The translations under genes and the position numbers were made by a program. The notes under the pieces are model-generated. The model had not been told where the DNA came from and searched no databases. It saw nothing but the letters and a program-made list of their open reading frames with translations. Shown here in pieces: positions 40,937 to 51,592 of a DNA stretch of 64,000 bases (positions are counted from its first letter, which is position 1; every line of letters begins with the position of its first letter). The DNA is from an uncultured Gemmatimonadales bacterium (GTDB lineage Bacteria > Gemmatimonadota > Gemmatimonadetes > Gemmatimonadales > GWC2-71-9), in assembly GCA_963771275.1 (NCBI GenBank), contig CAVYSW010000003.1, positions 928,001-992,000 on the forward strand. The letters run 5' to 3'.

Positions 40937-41860
40937 ATGGACATTCTCCACGCCATTGGCAACACCTCGATGGTTCGACTCCGCAAGGTGACTCCTCCCG
41001 GTTGGGCCCACGTATTCGTGAAGCTCGAGTGGGAAAACCCCAGCGGTAGCCTCAAGGACCGGATGGCGCAGGCCGTGATTGCGCGCGCGGAGGAGGACGG
41101 TCGCCTGAAGCCCGGGGACACCGTCGTCGAGTACACCGGTGGGAGCACGGGGACATCGCTGGCTCTGGTCTGCGCCGCCAAGGGCTACCGCCTCCGGATC
41201 GTCAGCTCCGATGCGTTCAGCCAGGAGAAACGGGATCACATGGCGGCGCTGGGTGCGGAGCTGACACTCGTCCCAAGCGAGGGAGGTCGCACCACCAAGC
41301 AGCTGATCTTGGCCATGATCGAGGCCGCCCGTCAGCTGAGCCAGGCGCCCCGCACCTACTGGACCGACCAGCTCAACAACCATGACAGCATCGCCGGCTA
41401 TCAGTCGCTGGGCGAAGAGATCTGGCGGCAAACGCAGGGAGAGATCGACGCGTTCGTCCACTGCGTCGGCACGGCGGCTTCCCTGCGTGGAGTCGCGACC
41501 GTGCTGAAGCGCTACAAGCCGAGTGTCGCGATCGTCGCCGTCGAACCCGCGGAATCCTCGGTGTTGCTGGGAGGCCAGGCGGGGCCTCACAAGATCGAGG
41601 GAGTGGGGATTGGCTACACGCCTCCGCTCTGGGACCCGACCCTCGTAGACGAGATCCTGCCGGTCAGCACCGACGCCGCCAAGGACATGGCGAGGCGCCT
41701 GGCACGGGAGGAGGCGCTGTTCGCAGGGACATCCTCCGGCGCGAACGCCGTCGCCGCGCTGCGCGTCGCGCAGCGGCTGGGGCCGGACGCCAAGGTCGTC
41801 ACGCTGATGGCCGACTCCGGCCTCAAGTACATGAGCACCGACGTGTACGGGAGCAGGTAG
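40937..41860 (+). CDS. PLP-dependent cysteine synthase family protein
   Basis: IGNT, KLEWENPSGSLKDR, HKIEGVG, GTSSGAN, DSGLKY. Confidence 0.92.
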   Translation: MDILHAIGNTSMVRLRKVTPPGWAHVFVKLEWENPSGSLKDRMAQAVIARAEEDGRLKPGDTVVEYTGGSTGTSLALVCAAKGYRLRIVSSDAFSQEKRDHMAALGAELTLVPSEGGRTTKQLILAMIEAARQLSQAPRTYWTDQLNNHDSIAGYQSLGEEIWRQTQGEIDAFVHCVGTAASLRGVATVLKRYKPSVAIVAVEPAESSVLLGGQAGPHKIEGVGIGYTPPLWDPTLVDEILPVSTDAAKDMARRLAREEALFAGTSSGANAVAALRVAQRLGPDAKVVTLMADSGLKYMSTDVYGSR

Positions 41861-41863
41861 GAC

Positions 41864-42250
41864 ATGGTCCTGATCATGTGGGGTGCGGCGATACTCGCCG
41901 CCGCGGTGCACGTCCTGATCTTCTGCATGGAGAGCCTCTGGTGGGGGCGTCCAAGCATCCGGCAGCGCTTTCGCCAGACGGCCGCCGAGGCCGAGACCAA
42001 CCGGCTCTTCGCCTTCAACCAGGGGTTCTACAATCTCTTCCTGGCAATCGGGATCGCCGCGGGGCTGGCGCTCACGCTCCGCGGGCATGACGCTGTCGGG
42101 ATCGCGCTGGTGAGCTGGAACTGCCTATCCATGCTCGGCGCGGCGGTGGTGCTCGCGGCCTCGGCGCGCCGCATGCTGGCGGCTGCCCTGCTGCAAGGTG
42201 CGGCGCCCCTGGTATACCTGCTGGCGCTCGCGATCCGCGCCATCGCGTAG
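41864..42250 (+). CDS. DUF1304 family membrane protein
   Basis: VHVLIFCMES, FNQGFYNLFLA; four hydrophobic helices. Confidence 0.85.
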   Translation: MVLIMWGAAILAAAVHVLIFCMESLWWGRPSIRQRFRQTAAEAETNRLFAFNQGFYNLFLAIGIAAGLALTLRGHDAVGIALVSWNCLSMLGAAVVLAASARRMLAAALLQGAAPLVYLLALAIRAIA

Positions 42251-42276
42251 CAGCCGTCGATGCGCAAAGGCCGTGC

Positions 42277-42672
42277 GGGATCCCGGGCTACGTGAAGACC
42301 CTGGATCGGGTGGAGCAGACGCTGCGCTGCTTCGGGCAGCATCTGGAGCCTCGTGGCGTCGTGCTCGTCGAGCCGTGGTTTCCGCCGGGCAAGATGCGCA
42401 CCGGGACGCATTCAGAGCGCACCGGGGAGGGCCCGGGCGTGCGGGTGCGCCGCGTCGGCACGACGGAGGTGGACGGCCGCCTCTCGCGGCTCACGTTCGA
42501 GTACACCATCGAGACCGCCGACGGCACGCGCCACGCGACGGAGGTTCACGAGCTGGGCCTGTTTACGGTAGACGAGATGCTCGCGGCATTCGCCGCAGCA
42601 GGCCTGTCCGCCGAGTACCGCCCTGAAGCCCTCGCGGACCGGGGCCTGTACGTCGCGCGGATTGCCGTCTGA
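42277..42672 (+). pseudogene. C-terminal fragment of a class I SAM methyltransferase
   Basis: GYVKT...HLEPRGVVLVEPWFPP...EVHELGLFT...AAGL...RGLYVA; SAM-binding motif I absent. Confidence 0.7.
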
Positions 42673-42749
42673 GGGGCGCGCATCGCGTCCCGGTTGACGA
42701 CGAGCCCGGAGCGAGGTAGAACCAGGGTGTCATTGGGGTCGAAGGGCTC

Positions 42750-43340
42750 GTGTCCACCAACGCCGCATACCTGCTTGCCGTCCCCGGGTTTGCCGACTGG
42801 GAGCCCGCGCATGCCCTCGCGGAGCTACGTCGCTCGGGGGGATACCGCGTGGAAGTCGTCGGTCTCGGTCGTGACCCGGTGGAGTCGATGGGCGGCCTGT
42901 CCGTCCGGCCGACCCGTTCGCTCGGCGACGTCGATCCGGCGGACGTGGCCGTCTTCATCCTGCCGGGAGGCGACTGGTGGGAGGCGACCCCGCCCGGGCG
43001 GGATCTGGTCACGCTGCTCGAGGCACTCGACGAAACCGGCGTTCCGATCGCCGCGATTTGCGGCGCGACGGTCGGCATCGCGCGGGCCGGTCTCCTGCGC
43101 GGCCGCCGGCACACCTCCAACGGGCTCGCGTACCTCAAGGAGCAGGTCCCGGGATACCGCGAGGGCGAGAACTACGTCGACCGGCCCGCGGTCCGGGACC
43201 GCCACCTGATCACCGCCAGCGGGCTCGCGGACGTGGAGTTCGCGGCCGAGATCTTCGCCGAGCTCGGTGTCCTCACCGAGGCCGATCGCGTCCTGTGGGT
43301 GCGGTACTTCCGCGAGGGTCGGGTGGGCGGCGCCGCGTGA
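42750..43340 (+). CDS. DJ-1/PfpI family protein
   Basis: FADWE, SMGGL, ILPGG, AAICGAT, HTSN, LITASG. Confidence 0.9.
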   Translation: MSTNAAYLLAVPGFADWEPAHALAELRRSGGYRVEVVGLGRDPVESMGGLSVRPTRSLGDVDPADVAVFILPGGDWWEATPPGRDLVTLLEALDETGVPIAAICGATVGIARAGLLRGRRHTSNGLAYLKEQVPGYREGENYVDRPAVRDRHLITASGLADVEFAAEIFAELGVLTEADRVLWVRYFREGRVGGAA

Positions 43341-43786
43341 CGGCACACACGGGGCTTGAAGCGAGGCGCCGGTCCAGGCAGGTATCCTCCCATGATGACG
43401 GTCGTCGCCGGCGGGTTTCGCAAACCGAGATCGGGCAGGTGCGCCTGGAGATTGCGGGAGGGCGCTACACCCTGAGAGGTTCGAGCTGGAGCCCGCCCCC
43501 TGATGGGCGGGCGGACCGGCGGGCCGCCATCGCCTTCGCCCTTCTCGGGACCTTCTCTGCCGGCTGCCATCGCCCCCGGGACCGCGCTCGGACTCGGCGG
43601 GCGTCAGCTATCGCCTGCCCGGTGGCTTCGTCGAGCGCAGCGATCCGAGCCTGCCGTACCGCCGGTGGAGCTTGGAGGGTCCGTCCTCAGGGGACGTCTC
43701 GAATCGGGCGGGGCCGACCGCCTTGCCAGCGGCCCAGTTGTGGCATAGGATCGTCTCCGATCCCAGCGCCTCCCCGGGTCCTCGGA

Positions 43787-44344
43787 ATGTCGACGATCAA
43801 CGAATTGGTCACCGCCGCCGACAGCGGCGACGGTGCCGCGGCAAGGGAGCTGTTCGCCACGCTCTACCAGGAGCTGCACACCCTGGCGGAGCACCATGTG
43901 CGACGCGGGGGGGCGCAGCTTACGATCAGCACCACGACCCTGCTGCACGAGGCCTACCTCCGACTGTCGGAGCGGGATGGTGCCCGCTTCCCCGATCGAC
44001 ACCGGTTCCTCGCGTACGCCTCCAAGGCCATGCGCGGGCTGGTCATCGATTACGCCAGGGCCCGTCGCGCGCAGAAGCGGGGCGGCGGCGTCGAGATCAC
44101 CCGGCTCGAGGACGAGGAGGGTCCGGGCAGTCCCGCTCCCGACGAGAGCCTGGAGCGCCTGGGCCACGCCATGGAGCGCCTGACGGACCTTGACAGCGCG
44201 CTGGCGCAGCTCGTGGACCTGCACTTCTTCGCCGGGTTCTCATTGGTCGAAATCGCCGCGCTTCAAGGATCGTCCGAGCGAACCGTGCAGCGTGACTGGA
44301 AGAAGGCCCGCGTGCTGCTGCAGCGACTCGTGGAAGACGCGTGA
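43787..44344 (+). CDS. ECF sigma factor of the kinase-associated type
   Basis: LYQELH.LA, TISTTTLLHEAYLRL, AMRGLVIDYAR, QKRGG, SERTVQRDW. Confidence 0.9.
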   Translation: MSTINELVTAADSGDGAAARELFATLYQELHTLAEHHVRRGGAQLTISTTTLLHEAYLRLSERDGARFPDRHRFLAYASKAMRGLVIDYARARRAQKRGGGVEITRLEDEEGPGSPAPDESLERLGHAMERLTDLDSALAQLVDLHFFAGFSLVEIAALQGSSERTVQRDWKKARVLLQRLVEDA

Positions 44345-44424
44345 GCGACGGTGGTCTGGTCGTCCCGTGGCGGGGTCGCGCCCGGGATTGCGATTGACAC
44401 GATAGACACACGCCCGGGGGAGGC

Positions 44425-47164
44425 ATGGCGGGACTTTCCAAGGAGCTCTGGGCCGTCGTCGGTCCGCTGCTCGATCAGGCGCTCGACCTGGGTCCCGAGG
44501 AGCGGGAGCGGCTCCTGGTCGGACTGCGGGCGGAATCCCCCGTGGTGGCCGCGGAGCTCGAGGCCCTGCTCGCCGCCGAGGCGACCCCGGTGCCCGGCCT
44601 GCTCGGTGAATCCCCCGCGCCCGAGCTCCGGGGGCGCGGCCTGGCGGGCCAGTCCGTCGGCCGATACACGCTCGACCGGCCGCTCGGGCAGGGTGGCATG
44701 GCGACGGTCTGGCTCGCGCACCGCGCCGATGGACGGTTCGAAGGCCAGGTGGCCGTGAAGCTCCTGAACCTGGCGCTCGTGGGCCGCGCCGGCGAAGAGC
44801 GGTTCGCCCAGGAGGGCAACCTCCTGGCCCGGCTCACGCATCCCCACATCGCCCGGCTGCTGGACGCGGGGGTCACCACCGCCGGCCAACCGTTTCTGGT
44901 CCTCGAGCACATCGTCGGAGAGCGCATCGACCGCTTCGCGGACGAGCGCCGTTACGGCCCACACCAGCGCATCGCCCTCTGCCTCGACGTGCTCGACGCG
45001 CTGGCCGCGGCGCACGCCAACCTGATCATCCATCGGGACATCAAGCCGTCGAACATCCTGGTCACGAACGACGGCGCCGTGAAGCTGCTCGACTTCGGGA
45101 TTGCGAAGATGCTGCTCGACGGCGGGGCCAGTGCCGGCCCTGCCACGTTGACCGATCATGGCGGCCGCGCGCTCACGCCGGAATACGCCGCGCCGGAGCT
45201 GACCATCGGCGAGCCGGTGTCGGCGGCGACGGACGTGTACTCGACGGCCGTCCTGCTGTACATCCTGCTGAGCGGACGCCATCCCACGGGCGAGGACTGT
45301 CAGACCCCGGCGGACCACCTGCGCTCCGTGCTCGATGTCGAGCCGCCGCGGCTGAGCGATGCCGTGATGGCGGGGCCCCGGCCGGAGGTCGAGCGGCGGG
45401 CGGCCGCGCGTGGTGCTACGCCCGAGCGGCTGCGCCGGGTCTACGCCGGGGACCTCGACAACATCCTGGCCAAGGCGCTCAGGAAACGGCCTGCCGACCG
45501 CTACCAGACCGTCGCCGCGTTCGCGGACGACCTGACCCGCTTCCGCGACCACCAGCCGGTCAGCGCCCGCCCCGACGCGTGGGCGTACCGCGCGCGGAAG
45601 TTCCTCCGCCGCCATCGCGGGAGCCTCGCCGCGGCCACGCTGGTCGGCGCGACGCTGATCGGCGCCACCGGATTCTCGCTGCGACAGATGGTGGTCGCCC
45701 GGCGGGAGCGCGACCACGCGGCCGACGCCCTGCGGCGCTCCAAGGCCACCACCGCCTTCGAGGCCCTGCTGTTCCGGCTGATCGAGCCCGGCGGCCAGGC
45801 GCTCACCTACCGGCAGCTGCTCGACCGGGGACGGGAGGTGCTCGATCACCGGTTCCGGAGCGATCCCGTCGGCAGCATGCAGCTGGGGATCCAGTTCGCC
45901 CAGAACTACCTGCGGGAAGGGGACGTCGCCGCCGCCGACACGATCATCCGGCGCGCGGTCGCGATCGCCGACTCGATTGACGAGGCGGCCTGGCGTGCCC
46001 GGACGCGCTGCGAGCTGGCCTTCGTCCAGGCGAATCAGCACCTGGGCGACTCGGCGCGGGCGCTGGTCCGCGAGGCGCGTGGCTTCCTCGCCCGAGTCGA
46101 TGACCCGGAGGTGGGCACGCTGAACGCCTGCGACGGCGGCGAGGCGAACGCCTTGCTGGAGCTCGGCAAACCCGACTCGGCCGCGATCTACTTCGGGGCG
46201 GTCGCCGATCGCTTCGCACAGTCGGAGGATTCGACCTCGGACGACTACCTCTACGCCCTCAACGACCACGCCCGGGCCTTGTTCGCGAGCCGCCAGATGC
46301 GCGCGGCCCGGGACGCGGTCCTCCGGATCGTGGCGGCCAGCCAGGTGGGCGCCCTGGCCGATCCGCAGGCGCGGCCGGTCATGATCCACAACGCGGCCAT
46401 GGCGTTCGAGGGGCTGGGCGAGGTGCATGGCGAGCAGGGCTTCCTACAGAAGGAGATCGGCTTCGCGGGCGGCCTCGACACCGCGAGTGCAGCCTACTCG
46501 CTGGTCGCCTTCCTCTACGGCATGGCGCTGGACCAGCTGGAGCAGCCCGATTCGGCGCGAGCCTGGCTGAGGCGCGCGCTGGACCGGCCGGATCCGCTGG
46601 GGCCGGCACGGGTGTACACCGTGGATCTCACCCTCGCACGGCTCGCGCGCCACGCCGGGCACGCGGCCGAGGCCGACCAGCACGAGCGGGACGCCGCGCC
46701 GCTCGCCATCGCCGCGCGGTCCAGCAAGATGGCGCTGGCGATTGCAGCGGCGTATCGCATCGACGCCGCGCGCGAGCGTGCCGATGACCGCACCCGGATG
46801 CTCGCGACGGTCAAGCGGGAGCTCGACTCATTGCGCTATGAGCCGACGGCCATGTCGAGCACCCTGGTGGCTCCGCTGACCGCGGCCGCCGCCGCCCTGG
46901 TCGATGTCGGCGCCTTCGCGGAGGCGGCCGAGTACGCGGCGCACGTGGTCCGCATCGGCGGCGTGGATTCGCTCGCCCTGGAGCGGAGCGCGACTCGTCG
47001 GTCGCGGCCTGCTGCTCGGCGCCCGGGCCGAGGCCGGACGCGGCGACCGCGCCCGGGCAGCCGACCTGGCCCGGCGCGCCGTGGCACCGCTCGCGTTCGG
47101 CCTGGGACCCCGCCACCCCCTGTCCCTCCAAGCCGTGGCGTTGCGGGACTCGCTGGCCCGCTGA
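44425..47164 (+). CDS. Membrane Ser/Thr protein kinase with TPR-like C-terminus (apparent frameshift near 46993)
   Basis: LGQGGMATV, VAVK, HRDIKPSN, DFG, TPEYAAPE; natural-looking end LGPRHP lies in the frame ending 47164, while the annotated frame runs to 47223. Confidence 0.88.
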
Positions 47165-47268
47165 CCCCCCCCACCCCCCCGGGCACACCCGGGTGTCGGG
47201 TTTGGGACCCCGATTCCGATTGATGGATTGCGCGCCCCCCATGCGGCGCGATCCCCGGAGGAGGGACC

Positions 47269-48657
47269 ATGAAGCCACCGTTCTCGTGGGCAGGCGCCGC
47301 CTGCCTCACCGTCGCCGCGCTGGCCATCACCGCGTGCGACGCCGACCAGCCTGCGGCCCCGATGTCTGCTGCCCCCAGCACTCACCGTGGGGCGCCCCTG
47401 CCCCCCGAGCTCATCGCCGCCGTTCGGCAGCTCGCCGCCGGACGGGGTGTCGGTCCACTCGAGCGTCCCGGGCCGGTCCGCCCCGCGCTGGTCCGCCTCG
47501 GCCAGATGCTCGTGTTCGACAAGGTCCTGAGCGGCAATCGCGACATCGCGTGCATGACCTGCCACCTGCCGCCGTTCGCCACCGGTGACGGCCGGAGCCT
47601 CTCGATCGGGCAGGGCGCCACGGGCCTCGGTCCCCAGCGCGTGCACCCGAAGGGCGCGTTCATTCCACGCAACGCCCCCTCCCTGTTCAACCTGACCGCC
47701 TTCAGGTCGCTGTTCTGGGATGGGCGCGTCGCGGTCGACTCGTCCGGCGCGTTCCATACGCCCGCGGGTGACCAGGTCACGCCGGCGATGACCGCGGTGT
47801 TCGAGTTCGGCCCGGTGTCAGCGCTCGGCCTATTCCCGGTCACCTCGCGGGAAGAGATGCGCGGGGCCAACGGTAACGAGCTGGCGGCCATCCCCGACGA
47901 CGCGCCCGCGGCCATCTGGCAGGCGCTGATGGCGCGGCTGGGGCGGATTCCGGAGTACCGGCGCCTGTTCGAGGCCGCCTATCCCGGAACCCGGTTCAGC
48001 CGCATGACGTTCGCCCACGCGTCGAACGCCATGGCCGCGTTTCTCGTGAGCCGGCTCTCGTTCACCAACAGCCCGTGGGATCGGTTTCTCGCCGGAGACG
48101 ACCGGGCGCTGAACCTGGCGCAGCTCACCGGCGCCAGCACGTTCATGTCGATTCGGTGCTCGCTGTGCCACAACGGTGCGGCGTTCACCGACAACCAGTT
48201 CCATAACGTGGCGCTGGCGCAGTTCGGACCGGGGGAGGGAGACGGTCCGGACGGCTCCGACGATTTCGGACGGATGCGGGTGACCGGGCTCGAGAGTGAC
48301 CGCTATCGGTTTCGGACGACGCCGCTCCGGAACGTCGAGCTGACCGGCCCCTACGGCCACGACGGCGCGTTCGCGAACCTGCGCGAGTTCATCGCCCACT
48401 ACAGCGAGTCGGACGTGAAGCTCCGGACGTTCGATCCTTCGACGCTCGAAGCGCTGCTTCAGCCCACGCTGCTCCCGAGCGCCGAGGCGATCCTGGCCAC
48501 GCGCGACACGATCATCAACGGCGTGGTGCTGCCGGACACGACGGTGGACCAGCTGACCACCTTCATGGGCGCGCTGACGGACCCCGCGGCGCGCCATCTC
48601 GACCGGCTCATCCCCATCAGGGTCCCGAGCGGGATCCCGGTCGACGGCAGGCGCTAG
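47269..48657 (+). CDS. Di-heme cytochrome c peroxidase/MauG family lipoprotein
   Basis: Lipobox ITA-C, CMTCH, RNAPSLFN, FWDGR, CSLCH, FRTTPLRNV..TGPYGHDG. Confidence 0.9.
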   Translation: MKPPFSWAGAACLTVAALAITACDADQPAAPMSAAPSTHRGAPLPPELIAAVRQLAAGRGVGPLERPGPVRPALVRLGQMLVFDKVLSGNRDIACMTCHLPPFATGDGRSLSIGQGATGLGPQRVHPKGAFIPRNAPSLFNLTAFRSLFWDGRVAVDSSGAFHTPAGDQVTPAMTAVFEFGPVSALGLFPVTSREEMRGANGNELAAIPDDAPAAIWQALMARLGRIPEYRRLFEAAYPGTRFSRMTFAHASNAMAAFLVSRLSFTNSPWDRFLAGDDRALNLAQLTGASTFMSIRCSLCHNGAAFTDNQFHNVALAQFGPGEGDGPDGSDDFGRMRVTGLESDRYRFRTTPLRNVELTGPYGHDGAFANLREFIAHYSESDVKLRTFDPSTLEALLQPTLLPSAEAILATRDTIINGVVLPDTTVDQLTTFMGALTDPAARHLDRLIPIRVPSGIPVDGRR

Positions 48658-48840
48658 GGCCCAGTCGGCGTTGCGCGGGGACGCTCGAGGGAGGGGCGGG
48701 TGCCACTCCCTCGGGCGAGGCCGTGTGCCTTGCCTGCTGCCGGGCCCCGGATAGCGCGAGGCCGTATTTGCGATAAGTTTTATCCGGTATGGTCGCGCGC
48801 GTCACGCCTCGGAGTCTGCGGACCGATCCCGGGAAGGTCG

Positions 48841-49239
48841 ATGGCAGCCACCCACGTTGAGATCGCCGAAGCCAGCTATCACCGGTGCGCGGACAATCCG
48901 GCGTTCTACGCCGCGCTCTATGAACGCCTGCTGGCCAGTGACGCGCGGATCCCCCCGATGTTCGCGAACACCCGGTTCGAGCGGCAGCACAAGCTGCTCA
49001 AGCACAGCCTCGGTATGCTGATCATCTACGCGAAGCGGCCGAACCCGGCGCTGCTCGAGCGGATTGCGGTGCGGCACTCCCGGGCCGACGTGGGTGTGCC
49101 GCCCGACCTCTATCCGTGCTTCGTCGAAAGTCTCGTGCACGCCGTGGCGGAGCACGACCCCGAGTACGGACCGCTCGTCGACACCGCCTGGCGGCAGGTC
49201 GTGATCCCGGGGATCGAATACCTGCAGTCCAAGTACTAG
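48841..49239 (+). CDS. Single-domain globin
   Basis: SYHRC, FY..L, MFANT.FERQ, LERIAVRH (proximal His), PDLY..F..SL. Confidence 0.85.
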   Translation: MAATHVEIAEASYHRCADNPAFYAALYERLLASDARIPPMFANTRFERQHKLLKHSLGMLIIYAKRPNPALLERIAVRHSRADVGVPPDLYPCFVESLVHAVAEHDPEYGPLVDTAWRQVVIPGIEYLQSKY

Positions 49240-49250
49240 GACGCCACGCG

Positions 49251-51566
49251 ATGCCGACCGGCGGAGTCCGTTGCAGCCAGTGCGGCGCCCAGATCACGGC
49301 GGGCGCGCGCTTCTGCATGCGGTGCGGCGCCGACGTCTCCGGCGAGCAGACGCGGGTGGCCACCCGCACGACGGTCCGGCCGGAGCCCGAGTCCACAGCG
49401 ACGCAGCCGCCGCGGACGGACCTGATGGAGACGCTCCGCGAGGTCACCCTGGGCGACTACGAAGTGCTGGCCGAGCTGGGGCGCGGCGGCATGGCCACGG
49501 TCTATCTGGCGCACGACCTCCAGCTCGATCGCAAGGTCGCCATCAAGGTCATGAGCCCCCACCTCGTGTTCGGGGAAGGGATGGTCGAGCGGTTCAAGCT
49601 GGAGGCCCGCACGGCCGCCGGGCTCTCCCACCCGCACATCATCCCGATCTACGCGGTCAAGGAGGTCGGCGACCTCTTCTTTTTCGTCATGAAGTTCATC
49701 GAGGGTTGCGCCCTCGACTCGATCCTCCGGCAGGCGGCGCCGCTGCCCGTTCCGATGGTGCGGACCATCGTGTCGAAGACCGGCGAGGCGCTCGGCTATG
49801 CCCATCGCCGTGGGATCATCCACCGGGACGTCAAGCCCGCGAACATCATGATCGACATCGAGGGGATGCCGATCGTGATGGACTTCGGCATCGCCAAGGT
49901 GTCCGACAAGCAAGGCCTCACGATGACCGGGACCACGATGGGGACCCCGACGTACATGAGTCCCGAACAGTGCAACGCGGATCCCGTCACGGGGGCGTCC
50001 GACCAGTACTCCCTCGGCGCGATGGCGTACGAAATGCTCACCGGCCGGCCGCCGTACGACGGCGACAGCGTCATGAACATCATGTTCAAGCACTGTCATG
50101 CTCCGGTGCCGGAGCCCGAGTCGTTGGGGCCTGACGTGCCGCTCGAGCTCGCCAGAGTGATCGTCCGAATGCTCGCCAAGGATCCGCGCGAGCGGTGGCC
50201 CACGATCGAGGACGCGCTCCCGCTGATCGGCGGCTCGTCCCTCGCATACGACGATGTCGTGCGCGGGCAGATGATCGCGTTCGCCCTGGCGGGCGCAAAC
50301 CGGCAGATCCTGGCCCGTGTCAGCACCCCCGTGAGTCCAATGCCCATCGGGCAGCGGCTGGCGGGACAGCAGGTGGCCGCCGTGCGGCCCGTGTCGGGCC
50401 CCAGAAGCCCGGTGGGGGCCGAGACCACCGTGCGACGCGGACGCCCCAGGCGTTCGCGCGCCGGGGTGCTTGTCGGAGTCGCAGCCACGCTCGTGGTGCT
50501 CGCCGCCGCCGCCCTCGCGCTCACGCAGCCGTGGCGCGGACGGCCCGGCACCGCGGTGCGGCAGGCCCCGCCGACGGACGCGGCTCCGGTGGACTCCGCG
50601 CCGACGGCCCCGGTCGCGGTCGCCGAGCCCGTCATTCCGGACTCGATCCCCCGACCAGCCGTCCAGGAACAGGCGCCACCGCCCGCACCTGCCCCCGTCG
50701 TGCGCGAAGTGCGCATCCTCGGGGCGCCTGCGACGCTCCCGATGGGCGATACGGTCGTCCTCCAGGCCTTGGTGCTCGATCAGCAGGGGCGCCTGCTGGG
50801 GCGGCGGCCCCGATGGTCCTCCAGCAACCCGGCGGTCGCCGAGGTGGGAGGGGACGGGCGCCTCCGGGCGCTGACGCCGGGGCGCGTGACCATCATTGCG
50901 GAAGCCGATGGTCGTCGCGCGCAAGCTGACCTCACGGTCACCGCGATCGTCGCCGGGGTCGACGTCGCGCCCGCAACGGCCGCCCTCCAGGTCGGTCAGG
51001 CGCTTGTTCTGGCCGGGACCGCCCACGGGCCGGACGGCCGCGCCCTCCCGGATCGCCCAATCACCTGGCAATCCTCGAATGAGGCCGTGGTGGTCGTGTC
51101 GACCACCGGGCGGGTGACCGCGGTGGGGCCGGGCACGGCGGTCGTGAGCGCCGCCAGCGCGGGTCAGGTGGGGAGCGCCGCGATCACCGTGGCCGCGCTG
51201 AGCGCCGCCCGGCCGGAGACGCTGCCCGCGCCGGCTGCGCCGCCGGTCGTCGCGGAAGATCCCGGCGTCGCGATCGGCGGGGTCGTGCAAGCCTACGCGC
51301 AGGCGCTCCAGGCAAAGGACATGGCGCGCGTTCGGACGCTCTATCCCGCGATCTCGTCAGCGACCGAGCAGCAGACCCGCGAGGCGCTTCAGGCGATGGA
51401 GGGGCTCCAGGTGAGCCTCGCCGCCGCGAACATCGTGGTGGACGGCACCAGCGCCCGCGCCCGGGTGACCGGGGCGTGGGTGTACCGGGGCGGTCGGCTC
51501 GACGTCAACAACACCTACACGTTCGAGCGCCGCTCGGACCGATGGGTGATCGTCGGGATCAACTAG
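49251..51566 (+). CDS. Ser/Thr protein kinase with zinc ribbon, TM helix and Ig-like (Big_2) domains
   Basis: CSQC..CMRC, LGRGGMATV, HRDVKPAN, DFG, GTPTYMSPE, WSSSNPAVAEV and WQSSNEAVVVV. Confidence 0.92.
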   Translation: MPTGGVRCSQCGAQITAGARFCMRCGADVSGEQTRVATRTTVRPEPESTATQPPRTDLMETLREVTLGDYEVLAELGRGGMATVYLAHDLQLDRKVAIKVMSPHLVFGEGMVERFKLEARTAAGLSHPHIIPIYAVKEVGDLFFFVMKFIEGCALDSILRQAAPLPVPMVRTIVSKTGEALGYAHRRGIIHRDVKPANIMIDIEGMPIVMDFGIAKVSDKQGLTMTGTTMGTPTYMSPEQCNADPVTGASDQYSLGAMAYEMLTGRPPYDGDSVMNIMFKHCHAPVPEPESLGPDVPLELARVIVRMLAKDPRERWPTIEDALPLIGGSSLAYDDVVRGQMIAFALAGANRQILARVSTPVSPMPIGQRLAGQQVAAVRPVSGPRSPVGAETTVRRGRPRRSRAGVLVGVAATLVVLAAAALALTQPWRGRPGTAVRQAPPTDAAPVDSAPTAPVAVAEPVIPDSIPRPAVQEQAPPPAPAPVVREVRILGAPATLPMGDTVVLQALVLDQQGRLLGRRPRWSSSNPAVAEVGGDGRLRALTPGRVTIIAEADGRRAQADLTVTAIVAGVDVAPATAALQVGQALVLAGTAHGPDGRALPDRPITWQSSNEAVVVVSTTGRVTAVGPGTAVVSAASAGQVGSAAITVAALSAARPETLPAPAAPPVVAEDPGVAIGGVVQAYAQALQAKDMARVRTLYPAISSATEQQTREALQAMEGLQVSLAAANIVVDGTSARARVTGAWVYRGGRLDVNNTYTFERRSDRWVIVGIN

Positions 51567-51592
51567 GGCGGAGCCGCGGCAACCCGCCGTCC

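Noticed and set aside
38100..43340. Continuation of the integron cassette array through the small genes at 38-43 kb
   Set aside because: No paired RYYYAAC/GTTRRRY attC sites found between these genes, and orientations are mixed
12398..43427. GTTTCGCAAACC present in two intergenic regions (near 12398 and 43416)
   Set aside because: Only 12 nt with no flanking similarity; compatible with chance
43340..43787. ncRNA or gene in the 450-nt gap before the ECF sigma
   Set aside because: No recognisable RNA motif; only possible scraps of a decayed lipoprotein gene
38400..47000. Programmed frameshifting at about 38412, 40531 and 46993
   Set aside because: No slippery heptamer or stimulatory structure seen; single-base sequencing errors or recent mutations are simpler
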